Below are positions 39,533 through 54,308 of a DNA stretch of 64,000 nucleotides, piece after piece (position 1 is the stretch's first letter; each line of letters begins with the position of its first letter). The stretch is from Tubiluchus corallicola. Lineage: Eukaryota > Animalia > Priapulida. The notes beneath the pieces were generated by a model. It was given only the letters and a program-made list of their open reading frames with translations, was not told where the DNA came from and searched no databases. Location: assembly GCA_030141605.1 (NCBI GenBank), contig JAQGDQ010000056.1:655353-719352 (forward strand), written 5' to 3'. The translations under genes were made by a program, and so were the position numbers.

Positions 39533-41181
39533 ATGTAAAAACTTCTTCGTTGTACGGTTTTGATTATAAAAGTTTATTCGTGTAATATTGTAATAATACT
39601 CTCTTATACTACGCGTCAAGACCTTTGAGATATAGAGATCCAAATTTAAAATTTAACATTTGTGAAACCTCACCTTTATGATACAAATAAAAAGCAAATT
39701 CATGGCTGTGTTAAAATAATTAAAATGTTTCAGGATTAATATGCCCCATTATTGATTGTAAGGCAAACAATACTCATATCAAAGTACAAATCTCAATATA
39801 AAGTTATACCCTGTTGAATTTATTTTTATACGGAAGCTATTTTAATTGTTGTACTGTTATTAGAAAACTTTTATTGAGATTGCGACGCTAGTGATGTTTG
39901 CTCTCTAACAAAAAGTATTCTTAGTACCCCAGCAATTTTAAAATTTCAGCAAGCACTGCGTCAAAACAAGTGTTGATATAGTGTTTAAAATTATGTTGTT
40001 TTTAAATTGCGTTAATATGCTCTGACTAACCTCATTGCATCATTTTTCGTGACAAAACCAACGCACATTTATTTTTAGCTGCTATAGGCACTTTTTCCTC
40101 CGATAACATGTTTTTGTGTGTTATAACACAATTAATTTTAACGACAGGGTCTATTTGTTCATGATTGCGGCAGGACCGGAACGTAACTGATTTTCAAGGA
40201 TAATCGTCTGATGTGAGCTAATGAATTAGCAGTAATATATGAGCTATGCTTGAATGTTTATACATCCAATTATGCCGTAAACGTAAGATTGACGCTTACT
40301 GTATATAATAATTAAATGTTTGGAACGGGTGATTTTAGAAATATTATTGCTCAACTTACGATTGCCATTGTCATTGCTTAAATGTAGTGTTTTGACATGG
40401 GATGATAAGCAGATAACTTAGTTCAAGGACATGTTCAGAGTATGTTCTGCTCTTAGTTGAGTGTACCAACAAGATTGTGGGTACCGCATTTAATATATTC
40501 TATTTTTGTTGTAAAACTGATTTATGATGAATTTGAGCAAAATACTCGGTGTTATGATACTCGTTATTTGACTAATGCGACATTTTAGATATCATAATTA
40601 AAAAAGTACACAGTTTTTTTTGTTTATACCGTCCATTACAATATCATAATTACTTTTTTGTTTCGTGTTTAGAGTGAAATGTTTATTGTTTTTATTTCGT
40701 TTGTTAAAAAGTAGCAAAGATTTCGAAAAGCAGTGTGCCAAGATTTAAGATTTTGTTTGTTGATGTATTAACATTATGTCTCCTGGCTTGTTTATTTATG
40801 TGTTATTTCTTGACGATGCTTAATAATGATGGCTTTTATTATTCACTTTGTATTCGAGCTATTAAATACTTTGCTATCATTATTTGAGTATTGTGAATAC
40901 GTTAAATTTCTAAATGTAAAATACGAATAAAATAATAAATTATACGGTATTTTGTTAAATGTTAGTCGTTCGTAGCTTAATTTGTCTTATAGGCTGACTA
41001 TAATTTTGCTGACAATAATCAGTATTTTAAAAGAGGACACGAGTTACATAATTTCGCTGTTTGGCAAAAATAAAATACATATAAAATTTAACTAAGAAAA
41101 CTGTAAATATTAAATCCGGCTGCTAGAAAGCATTATTATGGAAATAACAGAATAAAGTGAGACGAGCCTCTTATCCCAAAC

Positions 41182-43134
41182 TTATATATTCTGTAGGCTC
41201 ACTTCTCTCTTCAACAAAAATTCAACGTATTCAACTTTGTATAGTACACGAGGAATTTTTGCCTGGTTGTAAGAGGCTTGTGAGTGTCTAACGATAAAAC
41301 TTCTAAAATCTTGAAAAGAACCTGATTTCAAAATCTTTAAATTCAATGGTGCAATGCTACCCTTCTTCCTGAATGATTCGTATGGAAACGTGACATCTCG
41401 AAGACACTTGTCTAACAATTCCCCGTCAATGACATCAAGCGGCTTGCTGCTCTCTGTGAATTCTACAAATATTAAATAGTGAGGTGCAAGGGGAGTGTGA
41501 GAATTTTGAATCACGTCAATCACTCCACTTTCACAGCACGTATAATCAATAATTTTTCTGTCCCGCCAATGTGTGGCGCTACATGTTTCTAAAGCTAGAA
41601 GCAAAGAGTCTTCAGACGTTTTTTCGCCTCTGAGATTCAACAGTTGTCCTCTCCGGTGTTGGAATTCAACAACGGGACACTCATTGTGGAATCTGACTAC
41701 TTTCACCATATCACCAATACGAAAACGATACAAAGGATTAACTCCTGTAACCACAATCTCATAAGATTTTCCAATTTTCACCTGGTCAAGGAAAACAGTA
41801 TGAGGTTGTTCTTCTTCTATACATTCCATTGGAATAAACTCGAAAAATGTCGCAGCTGGTAGAAGAACGTAATGAATTTCTTTTGATTTGGGCCATAAGT
41901 TTAACCCTAAAGCTGCTTCTGTGCTTCCATACAACGGGGAGTACTGATGAATGCCCTTGCAATATTTTGCTGCAAGCGCGCTTCCATAAATAGAAAATGA
42001 CCCGGAAAAAGTCGCTGTAATGTACAAGCAACTTGGCCACAATTTCTTGCACACTCCATCAAAGCCACCTTGAAAAATTTCCGTTAGTTCGCCAGCTCGC
42101 TTTGGCAGCGGATTTAGTGACTCACTAAGCTCATTTCGTACCTTTATCTCAAGATCAAGACTACTGTTTATACGTCCTAAGCGTATGTCTTCAACTATGC
42201 TTTTCCAATTTTTTTCCAAAAAGCAAAAAGCAAAATAAACGACAGAAGCAAAGCTGCTTCCAATGGAGCCCACATTTCTTTCTCGCAGGGCAAATAACCA
42301 GTAAATGTATAAAGTTTCTCGCTCTGACAAAATTTCCAGAACAGCAGGATGAGTGGTTTGCCCAATCATCATAGTTTCTGTCATCCTGTCTCTTTTCAGC
42401 GTACCTGTAACAGGCCCAATTGGAATTCCAGCTTCGCTATAGCGCCATCGGGGAGCAAAATTGAAAAAAACGTCTGCATTTAGACTGTGCACATTTTTGT
42501 AAGATTTTTGAGCTATTAAGAAACTCGGAATAATCACCTTGAGGATAATGTTAGTAAAGTGTTCGTTTGTGACAGGAATCATTTTGGATGGCCCTGTTGT
42601 GCCCGAACTGACGCCCATTACCCTAGGTGATTCATTACATAGAACATTGACTTCTCCTTTTGCAACACGATCCACGTAGTCTTTATAGTGACTAAAGTCA
42701 GTAATAGGATGATTTTTCACGAACTCTTCTCTTGTGTGAACTTCACTAAATTTATACTTGATTCCATACTCTGTTCTTGTGTACTTATTCAAATGCCTCC
42801 GCAAAAGCCTTTCTTGAGCTTCTTTTACATTTTTCGTTTCTTTTTCAAGTCGACGTAGACCCCACGTTCCAACGACGTATAAAATCTTCTTTATTAAGTA
42901 TAAAGCAATGCGAGACTTCCATGTAGACTGTTCTGATACCAATGATATCCTGCTCAAGTCCAGTGCAATTAGCGAAGCACAAAAGCTTATCACTGCCGTC
43001 CAAAAGGCTGTCAGTCTCCAAATCGTTGAACAAGTACTGTTAAAAGTGTAATAAACAATATAATAGTAAGAAATGTAGAGAAACACAAAAAACATAAAGA
43101 AACTTTTGTTTAGAGTGAAATCCATTTTGTTCAT
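41182..43134 (-). CDS. GH3-domain protein (GHDC-like; ANL-superfamily acyl-adenylate/amido synthetase) with N-terminal hydrophobic segments, 650 aa, uninterrupted ORF
   Basis: Single ORF. GH3 motifs: TEYG, PITDFSHY..YVDRV..GE..VL, P-loop SSGTTGPSKMIP, YGSTE, FFEFIP, YEIVVT..LYRFRIGD, RRGQLLNLRGEKTSE, HYLIFVE, Y..FR..GSI, Q.KIPR. Two hydrophobic stretches lie in the first 60 aa. Confidence 0.93.
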   Translation of the reverse strand: MNKMDFTLNKSFFMFFVFLYISYYYIVYYTFNSTCSTIWRLTAFWTAVISFCASLIALDLSRISLVSEQSTWKSRIALYLIKKILYVVGTWGLRRLEKETKNVKEAQERLLRRHLNKYTRTEYGIKYKFSEVHTREEFVKNHPITDFSHYKDYVDRVAKGEVNVLCNESPRVMGVSSGTTGPSKMIPVTNEHFTNIILKVIIPSFLIAQKSYKNVHSLNADVFFNFAPRWRYSEAGIPIGPVTGTLKRDRMTETMMIGQTTHPAVLEILSERETLYIYWLFALRERNVGSIGSSFASVVYFAFCFLEKNWKSIVEDIRLGRINSSLDLEIKVRNELSESLNPLPKRAGELTEIFQGGFDGVCKKLWPSCLYITATFSGSFSIYGSALAAKYCKGIHQYSPLYGSTEAALGLNLWPKSKEIHYVLLPAATFFEFIPMECIEEEQPHTVFLDQVKIGKSYEIVVTGVNPLYRFRIGDMVKVVRFHNECPVVEFQHRRGQLLNLRGEKTSEDSLLLALETCSATHWRDRKIIDYTCCESGVIDVIQNSHTPLAPHYLIFVEFTESSKPLDVIDGELLDKCLRDVTFPYESFRKKGSIAPLNLKILKSGSFQDFRSFIVRHSQASYNQAKIPRVLYKVEYVEFLLKREVSLQNI

Positions 43135-43344
43135 TGCAGTATGTCTTTGATATTATTTGTTGTTTGAACGCCAGGTATGTTTAAAGGTTATCACTGCACT
43201 TCATGGCTGAGTCTCAAACGAAGGCAGTTTCTTGTACAAAGGTGATCTAAGTTCAAGTACTTTGCTAACAAGTTTTGCTAGCATGCGGTCTGTAGTAGTT
43301 ACTCATGCATGCATCAAACTTAAATTTGCAATGCGTATTGTTGT

Positions 43345-43725
43345 CAGGGCCGGATTATGACATTTTGCGGCCATAAGCTAATGAAATTATGGGCCTCCTC
43401 AAGTGAAGCAACCATCTAACTCGCCCGCACCCGGTTTGAATATTTTTACTGCTGATGTATTTTAGCGTCATTTACATAGCTTGAAGTAAACTTATTGCAA
43501 GTTCTTTAAATAAACTAGAATAGTTATATTTTGTTTGTCAATAAAAGTACTCTTTAAGAATTACCACTATTTTACTATTTATTGCAAACCAAATTAGCTG
43601 ATATTTCAACACAACTGTAGTGAAAAAACTACAGATTTTTTCTACCAAATGTTACCTAGGCTTGAGGGACCCCAAACTTGAGGGGCCCTAGGCTGCAGTC
43701 TATACCAGTCTATAATTCGGACCTA
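43345..43725. mobile_element. Degraded hAT-like MITE upstream of the GH3 ORF
   Basis: Left end CAGGGCCGGATT; right end reverse complement TAGGTCCGAATT (9/12); internal GGGCC/GGGGCCC motifs typical of such MITEs; TSD not cleanly preserved. Confidence 0.55.
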
Positions 43726-46418
43726 TATTTGTCAGTGACTTTAAAACAAAACTCCTTAAGCCTGTTGATCTGTCATGAAGGATATTCTAAAGTTAAGGTA
43801 TATCGCACGTGTTTATTAGCAGCACTGATATCCACTCAGAAATTACACATTTCATAAGTGACGTAATAATGGATATTGTTGTTCACCGAAATGTTGGAGA
43901 TTTACAATATTCTATGAAATGTCGTTAGCTATGTAACGTTGGTATTTAGCCTAACAAATTTTATTCACACATAACTTTAAATTTTAAGGGATCGATATTT
44001 TTCTATGCGCAATTAAAAGTTTTCCTAGTTTTATAAGTTTTATTGCCATAAAAATATTCGTACATACAATACTGAACTTACATTAGTACACATAAATAAA
44101 AATAACAGAAATTGAATGTGCTAGTAAATAACAGAAATTTTACAAAAAAATACAGCTCTGATCATTAAAATACTGTGCATCATTTTCATGACACAAATAA
44201 AATACTTAATTATGGCTGGTGACGAAATCACCAGACTTATAAGACTAAATTCACTAAAATAAATAAAAAAACGTTCGAATAATGAAAATAAAAATTGAAT
44301 GTTAGGGGTTATAAAAAATTACGATATAAATTTTTTCTTTTTAAAACATGACCGCGATTTAGTTTCTTTCACATCACATGGCAAGCGATTCCATTAAACA
44401 GGGCCATGAAACTCAATAAAATGTTTCATTAGGTCATTCCTTACTTATAGTTACAACATATGCAGTAAATAAGACCAGGTTGATTACCAATGTTACCAAC
44501 TTTGTGTCACTTTCACTAGTAATTACTGCATACAGTAACTGTATGTAGGTCTCTGGTTGACTTTGCGACACAAAGTTTATGCATTACTTGAAAAATCAGG
44601 TTCGCGTCTGTTTCTAGCAGAGCGTCATACTTCAGCTATCCAGAGATTTACTACAACACGAATAGTTGCGTAAAACTTTTACATAAATAAACTTCTTGCG
44701 GATTGAATTCTTATTAAATCGCATCTCATTTATGAAAAAAGTGTTATAACTGTTCAAGAAAGCTTTTAAAAATGCAAACTGGTATTGACGGAGTTTGAAT
44801 ATTTAGTCCTGAAAGGGCAGAGAAAAAAAAGGACTGTGAACTATTGCTTATACTGCTAAATAGCTTCAATTTTAAAGGAATAGAATTAAAGTCATCATGC
44901 TTTACAAACACGTTGCCCTACGTGACACAAATCAAGATTCATTTACACTATTTAAATGTCTTGTTACTAGTATATTTTTTACAACTGTTATCGTTATTAG
45001 TATATATTTTATTGGAATAAAATTATGAGCAATGAGCAGCAGGAAACTTTTTAAATCATGAATGTAATGATCGAAATGTACCTGGCCTATTTACTATCGG
45101 TCACTTGCAAGCTACATTAGTACAATGCCCTAATTAGCGACTTAAATACTTGAACAGTTACATTTCCAAAGCAAGAACTGAAAAGAAGTTTAGTGTTTTA
45201 GATAAACAAAGTTTCGTCTTATTGATAGCATTTTATAAGGCCATTGCAACATATATCGGGTCGTCATTTTACCTCAACGATAAAAATCTAGATTAGGTTA
45301 ATTAACAAATAAATTAAGAAATTAATATATTAAATTTAACTTTTAAAATGTTCAAATTTTTCAAAACGCACTGTTAATATTTAATATTAAATTATTTCTG
45401 TCTAGCCACGTAAAAACAAAATGCAATAAAAAAATCACTAAAAACTGCGTTACTAAGGTGTGATTTAGTTATTGTTCATAAGAGCAATGACTAGAGATCA
45501 AATTACAGTTGATCACATACCAAAGTCAAATTTTGGATCAACGAAAATTATGTACCAGGTATGTACAAATATTCGTACATGAACATAGCTTTTTAAGATT
45601 TATTAAAGTAATTGTGTTCAATAAAAGCTGATGCTGGCTGTTATAATATGAGTGTTATAACAGTTTATTATGATCAAAAGGAGCAGTATGCAAACTCTAC
45701 GTACAATGTACCTGCATTATTGATCATTGGTGGATTGTTCTAATAGCATTTATGATAACATGCAATTTCAACTTTGTGGAAAATGTTCTGCGTGGTTTCG
45801 CTATGCTGTCATCGTCATTGTCATCGCTATCTCATCATCATTGTCATCATTATAATCAGCACGTGACGTGGAGGGCGTTGTGTGTTGTGGGTAGTGTGGT
45901 GTGGTGTGGGTAGTGAGGTGGGGTGGTATGGTGTGGGTAGTGTCGTGTGGCTTATGTGTTCATTTATGCACAAAATTCTTTTTGCGGGGTTTGGCTTGTT
46001 TTGATATTATTTTCAGAACATAGGCTAAGTAAGAGTGCGTTATCATTGATTTTGTTTAAAAATTACCGAAAAACCGTCCTTATAGAAAAACTATTGTAAG
46101 TTCGTAAGACCTCTGAGAGCTTGCAAAAACAAGTGAAAAATGCAAATTGTCAACAAAGCGATTATTTTGTACCAGTCACTGTGGCGTGTTTGAAAATGAA
46201 ATGAGGTTGCTAATTAGCAAGTTGTGCACACGAGCTATGCAGAGCTGGAGATAAGCTGGCCTTACTTTTAAACGTGGAACCGCATTTTAGAAAGTCGTTC
46301 TAACTATTCATAGGTAGGATAGCAGTTAGTTTAGGAGGCCAGTAGGCCAGAAGAACGTGGTAATTGTATGTGACACATCAGCACTTTCACTAGCTAGGGG
46401 ATGGGTCACTTACACTCA

Positions 46419-46456
46419 TATATAAGGCCGACTTGCGACATATGCGTGACACATTT
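46419..46456 (+). promoter_or_regulatory. TATA box and initiator-like site of the 149-aa secreted protein gene
   Basis: TATATAAG at 46419-46426, an ACATTT initiator-like sequence about 30 bp downstream (46451), then a donor at 46479 that pairs with the acceptor before the ATG exon. Confidence 0.6.
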
Positions 46457-46869
46457 AGACAAAGGCGGCTAGAATAAGGTACGTATTGTAAATTGTTAAA
46501 GCAAAGAAAAGAAAATGAAATGCAAAAGGATAACGGTTTGCTCTGCACTACAGAAACAAAGTTTTATGTACAAATTAATTAATAATTATGTACTAAAGTT
46601 TTCCTTATTTTAATTCTGACAGATTTTAGTCTGAAAGCTTGAGTAAGCAATTAATAGTGAAGTCTTATTTTAAAGCACTTGTCTGTTGAAATATTTAATA
46701 ATTGACTGCGAGTTATTTAGACATGGTTAATAAGATGTTTGATATTTTTTTCTGGCTTTGGTCACTATTTGTAAAAATAAACACTAATGTAAGGAATAGT
46801 CGTTTAAATAACAGGTTAAAGAAACTGCAATTACCGTTCTTTTTTCACAGGCTGTGCTCCAAGAACAAC

Positions 46870-48845
<1,976 letters not shown>

Positions 48846-50122
48846 AACAGCTGCAGGTGTAACAAGATTTCCATTTTTTCAAAGTACTGAAATATAGATT
48901 GAAACCAAAGATGTGTGGGCAAACGGCAATGGCAAGGAAGAATATTAAAGTATCAGATGGACGGGATTAAGCTTGAAAGTGCTGAACATAGAATGATTGT
49001 CCGTTTAATGTAATGTCTAATATTGCTAATGTTAACATATTAATTAATTAATAATTAAGCCGCTCGCGTTCAAAAGCGGTAAATTGCTATTTAAGTAATA
49101 ATAATTGTTTAGCCTGACTGTATAATCTGTTCGCCTGTTTTGCTCAAACTAACCCTGGACTAACAAGGTCTGATTGCATTTTTACAAATATTAAGTTATT
49201 AGACTATAAATAGTTACTAATTGCTAAGAAACTTAATAATGTTAAGTTAGCTAACTCCATCAACAAGTTAGTATTTTAGTTAACTAAAATATTTTAAACT
49301 ACTTTTCCGAAAATACATTGAAATTAAACGGTGATTTTTCAAATAACTAACCAAAATTTAATGTACTAATTACCAATGAGTGTAAATCAGAAATCAAAAC
49401 GTATAATTCATTCTTTTGTTAATAAACAGTTATATTAAATTTTTTGTGTGCGAACTAATATTTACTACGTAATTCATATTAATAGCTGCGTTTTATTATT
49501 AATATATATTATAATGGCTGTATAGATTATAACATGATGTCATATCGGGATGTAGTATACAGTATAACTAATAATTTGGTTTACTAATAAATATTTAACG
49601 TGTAATGTATGACGTACTACAAAGAAAAAAATGGAAATTTTGTTAAAACTAAAGTTGATAGAAGTATTGGTTTACAGACCTGTAACATTTTTAAAAAGCA
49701 CAGTTAAGGAAACCAATACGTCTAATTTGTGTAACATTGTTTTAAACTTCAACAAAGCCAGGACTGACGAGAATGCTCGCTTGTACGCATGCGTGCATCT
49801 ACTCTTTAGTGGCTTCACCTTACGATTGGGCTTTCTTGAAGTATGTAAACATGAAGGCAACATGACTGTGATTTTATTTACTTAGGCCTACTAACAACTT
49901 TCGACTTGTCTAACGTTTACCGCTTTGAGTCGAATTGTATTTATAGTACTATCATCGTCACCATCAATATCATCGTCATCATCGTGTGCGTGTACAATAT
50001 TACCAGTTTATTAATATAGAGTTTTACATTATTACTATTATAAAAGTTGTTATTATTGTTGTTTAGAAAATAAAATAACATGTAGATGATTATAAGTTTT
50101 AAGTTTTCAGTGTTATAATAAT

Positions 50123-50175
50123 ACAACAACAACAACAACAACAACAACAACGATAATAATAATAATAATAATAAT
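50123..50175. repeat. (CAA)n(TAA)n compound trinucleotide repeat
   Basis: Direct observation. Confidence 0.9.
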
Positions 50176-53100
50176 TTATTTATTTATTATTTACTACGTA
50201 CTCGAATGATACAATTTTAGTAAACGAATACAATGTGCACGTAAAAAACAACATATAATACAAAGCAGTTGCAAATGATAATGGCAATAATAACAAGACA
50301 AATGAAGTGTTTACATTTTATAAATGAACAAGCTAAAATGTTTCAAAGTTAACATTACTGGATATCATTTAGGTCCTTGAAATAAAGAAATACACTTGCT
50401 AATTATTAATTGCGCAAATAGGTTAAATTACGTCTAATTGTTAAATGATTTTAATTCTATTATTGTTTGAAGCGGCGCATTCACTAGATAATTTAGAGTT
50501 TCAGTCCAAGAATTTAACCTACAGTCCTGCGGTTGTTTCTCAAAAAAATAAAGATACTATATATTAATCATGACAAGCCGATTAGCCTTGCTTTGATAAT
50601 GCTAATTTGTAATTGCAAAACTTTTCGCACTCTTTTTCTCGCCTGTGCATATGTCGTCGTAATATCGAGGAAACGTAAAATTGTTTCTCATACCTATCAC
50701 TATCAAGGCTCCTCACTGTGACTTGCCTCTAGATATGAAATGCTAGTGTTTATTTTGAAGTAGGAAATACATTCTTGCCGGTCAGTCAACTTATCAGTCA
50801 ACGAGATGTAACTTTCAGATCGTCTGATAGCAGTACCACATTCTAGATTAAGCAGCAAATTGGAAAATGTCTTACCATAAGCACTGATCCTTTTTTAGCT
50901 ACAGCACAGGGTCAAACACCGTGCCCCACTTTGTTGTGCCAAGGCCTGTACACTTGTTCATAAAGCAGACAACCATCCACAATTTAAAAGCCGTATGCCA
51001 GGCGTAAAACTTTGGAACTTGATACTAGAGCATTCTTGGAAACTAAATCCGCTAATCAGGCGGCTGTCAAGAGGATTTTAAAGATTTGGCCGGCTTCATT
51101 TGCTCATTTTAGTGGGACTTCAAGAGTTTGCTGGCTTACAGTGAGGGGAATGGCTTCAAACAAACAAATGTGTTTTCCTCGTTTGTATAGAAAGTATTTT
51201 CCTACGTCATCAGAAAGTCAGATTTGAAAAAGCCATATACACTGGTTGAGAATACTCCCGGAAAAGTACTTCAGTTGGTTTTACACAGCTGAACAGTAAT
51301 CCATGCCTGCGGAGCGGACAACTTACACTAGTTTTAATGGTTTAAGCCACCCGGTGTTGAAGTTTTTCGGATGACTCAAAGTCTCAAATATCGGAAGTAA
51401 GAGCGAGGTTTCTTCAACAATCAAGAAGATTCTACTGTGAAGTTTTGGTAGGTCTTCAGCCTTGAATTAGAGTGCAAATTTGAACTCCTGTGAAGTGCAA
51501 CGCGCTTTCAAGATTGAGATGTCTGTGTTTTATTGTGAATAATTAAAAAGCTATTGAAAAGCTTATAACAGAAGCATTAAATTTTCGCGTCGTTTCTAAG
51601 TAGTGTATTCAGGAAAGGACGCGAGGTATTCAGTGAGATTCTGCATGTTTTTGAATAAGAAAGTGTCGTGAGTTATATAATCGTTTTTTTAGAACGTCAA
51701 GTGATTTTTTGCCCATTGGCTTCAGTACAAAATGTCTGTCAAACATTGAACGCAACGTCATCATTAGCTTCTTTGCGATTCTCATTTTCAGTGCGACAGT
51801 ATGTTAGAGCTAAAATCAGGCGCCTCATGAATAGACTATTGACACCAAGAAACAAAAAAATGAAATAATCGTTTTAGCCGAACAGCATATTGTTTTCGTT
51901 AAACAGCTTGCCCGATAATTCTAGCAAAAGGTGTAATTTTTTCCACCTAGCGTATTTCGTATTGTACTCTGGAGAGATTGTGCATGGGTTTATGTTTTAA
52001 TTTTATTAATGATTAAAGTTAAATTAAATAACACCAATAAACTTTCCAGGTGTGTATTCTTTGGGTAGTTGTGCACAATTTTTCAATTTTGTTCTGGTAA
52101 TTTCTCAGTTTTTCTTATTTGTGGTATTTTCTCTATATAAAAATTGGCAATTTCACTTATTCAGCCGATTAGTAGCGGTTGACTCACTTATTATCCGGAC
52201 AGTGAGGGAATCCTTTTTTGTTTTTGATTATTGTTTTTCGTCGTTTTTGTTTTTACCTATCCTGATCTATTTTTTTAGTTTCGCCAAAAGCCTTGTCCGT
52301 CGTCTGCTCTATGGTAGATCATGGCCGCTGACGGCTCTTGTGTACAAAAAGTGTTTTGATAGACTACTGAGATACAGGGTGCTCTTTCTACTGGACACGC
52401 ATGGTCATCATACTGCGTTTGTAACCCTCAGAGATCTTCTTATCAAAATTGTCAAAAAAAGCATTCTGATGGCAGTTGAAAGCAGCGCAGTATTTACTCC
52501 TTTTTACTCAATTCACAGACTAACATTCTCTGGCGCCTAATACTTCACCTTCAAGTCAATATCTTATTTTAAGAACAAGGCAAACTCATTATCTGAAGCT
52601 GTTTATGCGTCGAAGTGCTAAAGTATTTTTTGGTCAATTTTTCGCAAATCGAATTGTACCAATTTGGAACTTGTTGCCAGCATATATTGATCGTGACCTT
52701 ATCGTGACTGCACAAAATATTAAGTTATTTAAAAGCCGCTCAAATAAAGTTATATAAATTTTTTGTGCATAACAGACACATGTAAGTAGTTCATGTCTTT
52801 GTGTCTTTACCACACTCTTGTAAATATTGTATTTGTATGCACCCTTTGCCAACATGTTTTATATATATTGTTTTTATTATATTTTACTACTGGGGGAAAA
52901 TAAAATAAAAATAAATAAATAAAATAGTAACATTATTTATCTTAAGGTAAGCTCCTGCTTCGTTCAGCATCTTTCCTCCACAAATAATTAGCCGCTAGGT
53001 TAGCTTTATTGAAACTGGCTTATCACGTTGATTATGTGAAAATTTATTTGCAGCAAGGTCACCTAATTTGATTACAAATTTAATAACAGTCAATGTATTT

Positions 53101-53200
53101 GCAGGTTATGTGCGGTGTGTGAAAGCGCAAATTAATCCACGAAAACACCAAGCATCGAAGTCATCATGTTCTACTGTATTGGTAAAAAGCGTCCCAGGAA

Positions 53201-53266
53201 GTTAGAACACTGCATAAATGAAAACTCAATGTTGTTAGAACACTGCATAAATGAAAACTCAATGTT
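53201..53266 (+). repeat. Perfect 33-bp tandem duplication in the putative 5'UTR of the KCNE-like gene
   Basis: GTTAGAACACTGCATAAATGAAAACTCAATGTT at 53201-53233 and 53234-53266. Confidence 0.95.
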
Positions 53267-53287
53267 GAGTTAAACGTGTGACCAGAA

Positions 53288-53755
53288 ATGGAGAGTGATA
53301 CGGTAACTACGAATTCATCAACTCAATATGCACCTGCTGCTGAAAGTGAGGCTGAGAGAACAGCATTATTATATTGTTTGATAATAATTGTTTTCTACGC
53401 AGTAGCTTCAGTTATTCTGCTAATAAAATATATAAGAAGCGAAACAGATGAAACAGACGAAAAATACATTAGTTATGATGGTGAAGTAAAAAATTCCATT
53501 AGACATGGTGATCTCTTACAGCACAGAAAACATCGGTATGAAGCTAGATTTTTTACGTGTGATGAGTGTTCGTATAATAAATTAAAACCTCCCAAACGTC
53601 AAAATCACGTGTCACAAACTCCTTCTGTTGACAGTGTTCGTGAAGAAGACGAAGAAGATGAATGTGCTAAGGATGATTGCTTGGCGCCATCTAGTGAGCA
53701 GGAAAAAACAGATTTTGATGATGTTTTTAGAACAAATATGTCACAGTCTACGTGA
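53288..53755 (+). CDS. Single-pass membrane protein with KCNE/MinK-like transmembrane signature, 155 aa, single coding exon
   Basis: ORF with good start context (gaaATGG) and no cleavable signal peptide. N-terminal NSS sequon, one TM helix LLYCLIIIVFYAVASVILLI followed by KYIRS, acidic cytoplasmic tail. A probable 5'UTR acceptor TATTTGCAG ends at 53104. The ORF itself is solid; the family assignment is my motif comparison. Confidence 0.8.
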   Translation: MESDTVTTNSSTQYAPAAESEAERTALLYCLIIIVFYAVASVILLIKYIRSETDETDEKYISYDGEVKNSIRHGDLLQHRKHRYEARFFTCDECSYNKLKPPKRQNHVSQTPSVDSVREEDEEDECAKDDCLAPSSEQEKTDFDDVFRTNMSQST

Positions 53756-54308
53756 CAGTTATTATAATTTTACAGTGATAAATTTGTGCAGCAGTATTGC
53801 ATTGTAACATTGAAAGGTCACGCTTCAATACTTATATTTTAAAAATAGTGATAATATAACTCATTATGTATATATAATTAATTTTAAACCTTAAAAGATT
53901 TTCAGTTATATACAGTCATTGCATCTTGACCTATGCAAACTTGCTATATAATAATTTTAATATACATACACGTGTAATGAACTTCATACAGATGATTTTT
54001 GAATACACCTGCCGGCTATTCAAGTTTAAAAATTTAAAAACAAGGTAAAACTAAGACCGTCATATGAATTGAAGTTGTTTGAAAATATTCTATAATTGTC
54101 CATATTTTATAAATTATTTATCATCTTTTCTTATCACTAAGGAACACTTTCGTCTGCAAGCCATTTTAATGAGTACATGCAGTTGTATTCAATACTGAAA
54201 AAGGCGATGAAATGTATTGCGACAGATATTGTTTAGACTTAGAATTGTGCGCATAACACAGTAACTTACTAGAATAATTTTTTAAAATATATATCGCATA
54301 AGAAGCAT

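Noticed and set aside
41182-43134. Recent horizontal transfer or contamination as the origin of the intronless GH3 gene
   Set aside because: Base composition matches the host, the flanks are host-like, and animals have native GHDC genes; HGT cannot be claimed without a phylogeny.
52052-52540. 162-aa ORF
   Set aside because: Non-ATG start, T-rich composition and no recognisable motif; probably intronic or intergenic upstream of the KCNE-like exon.
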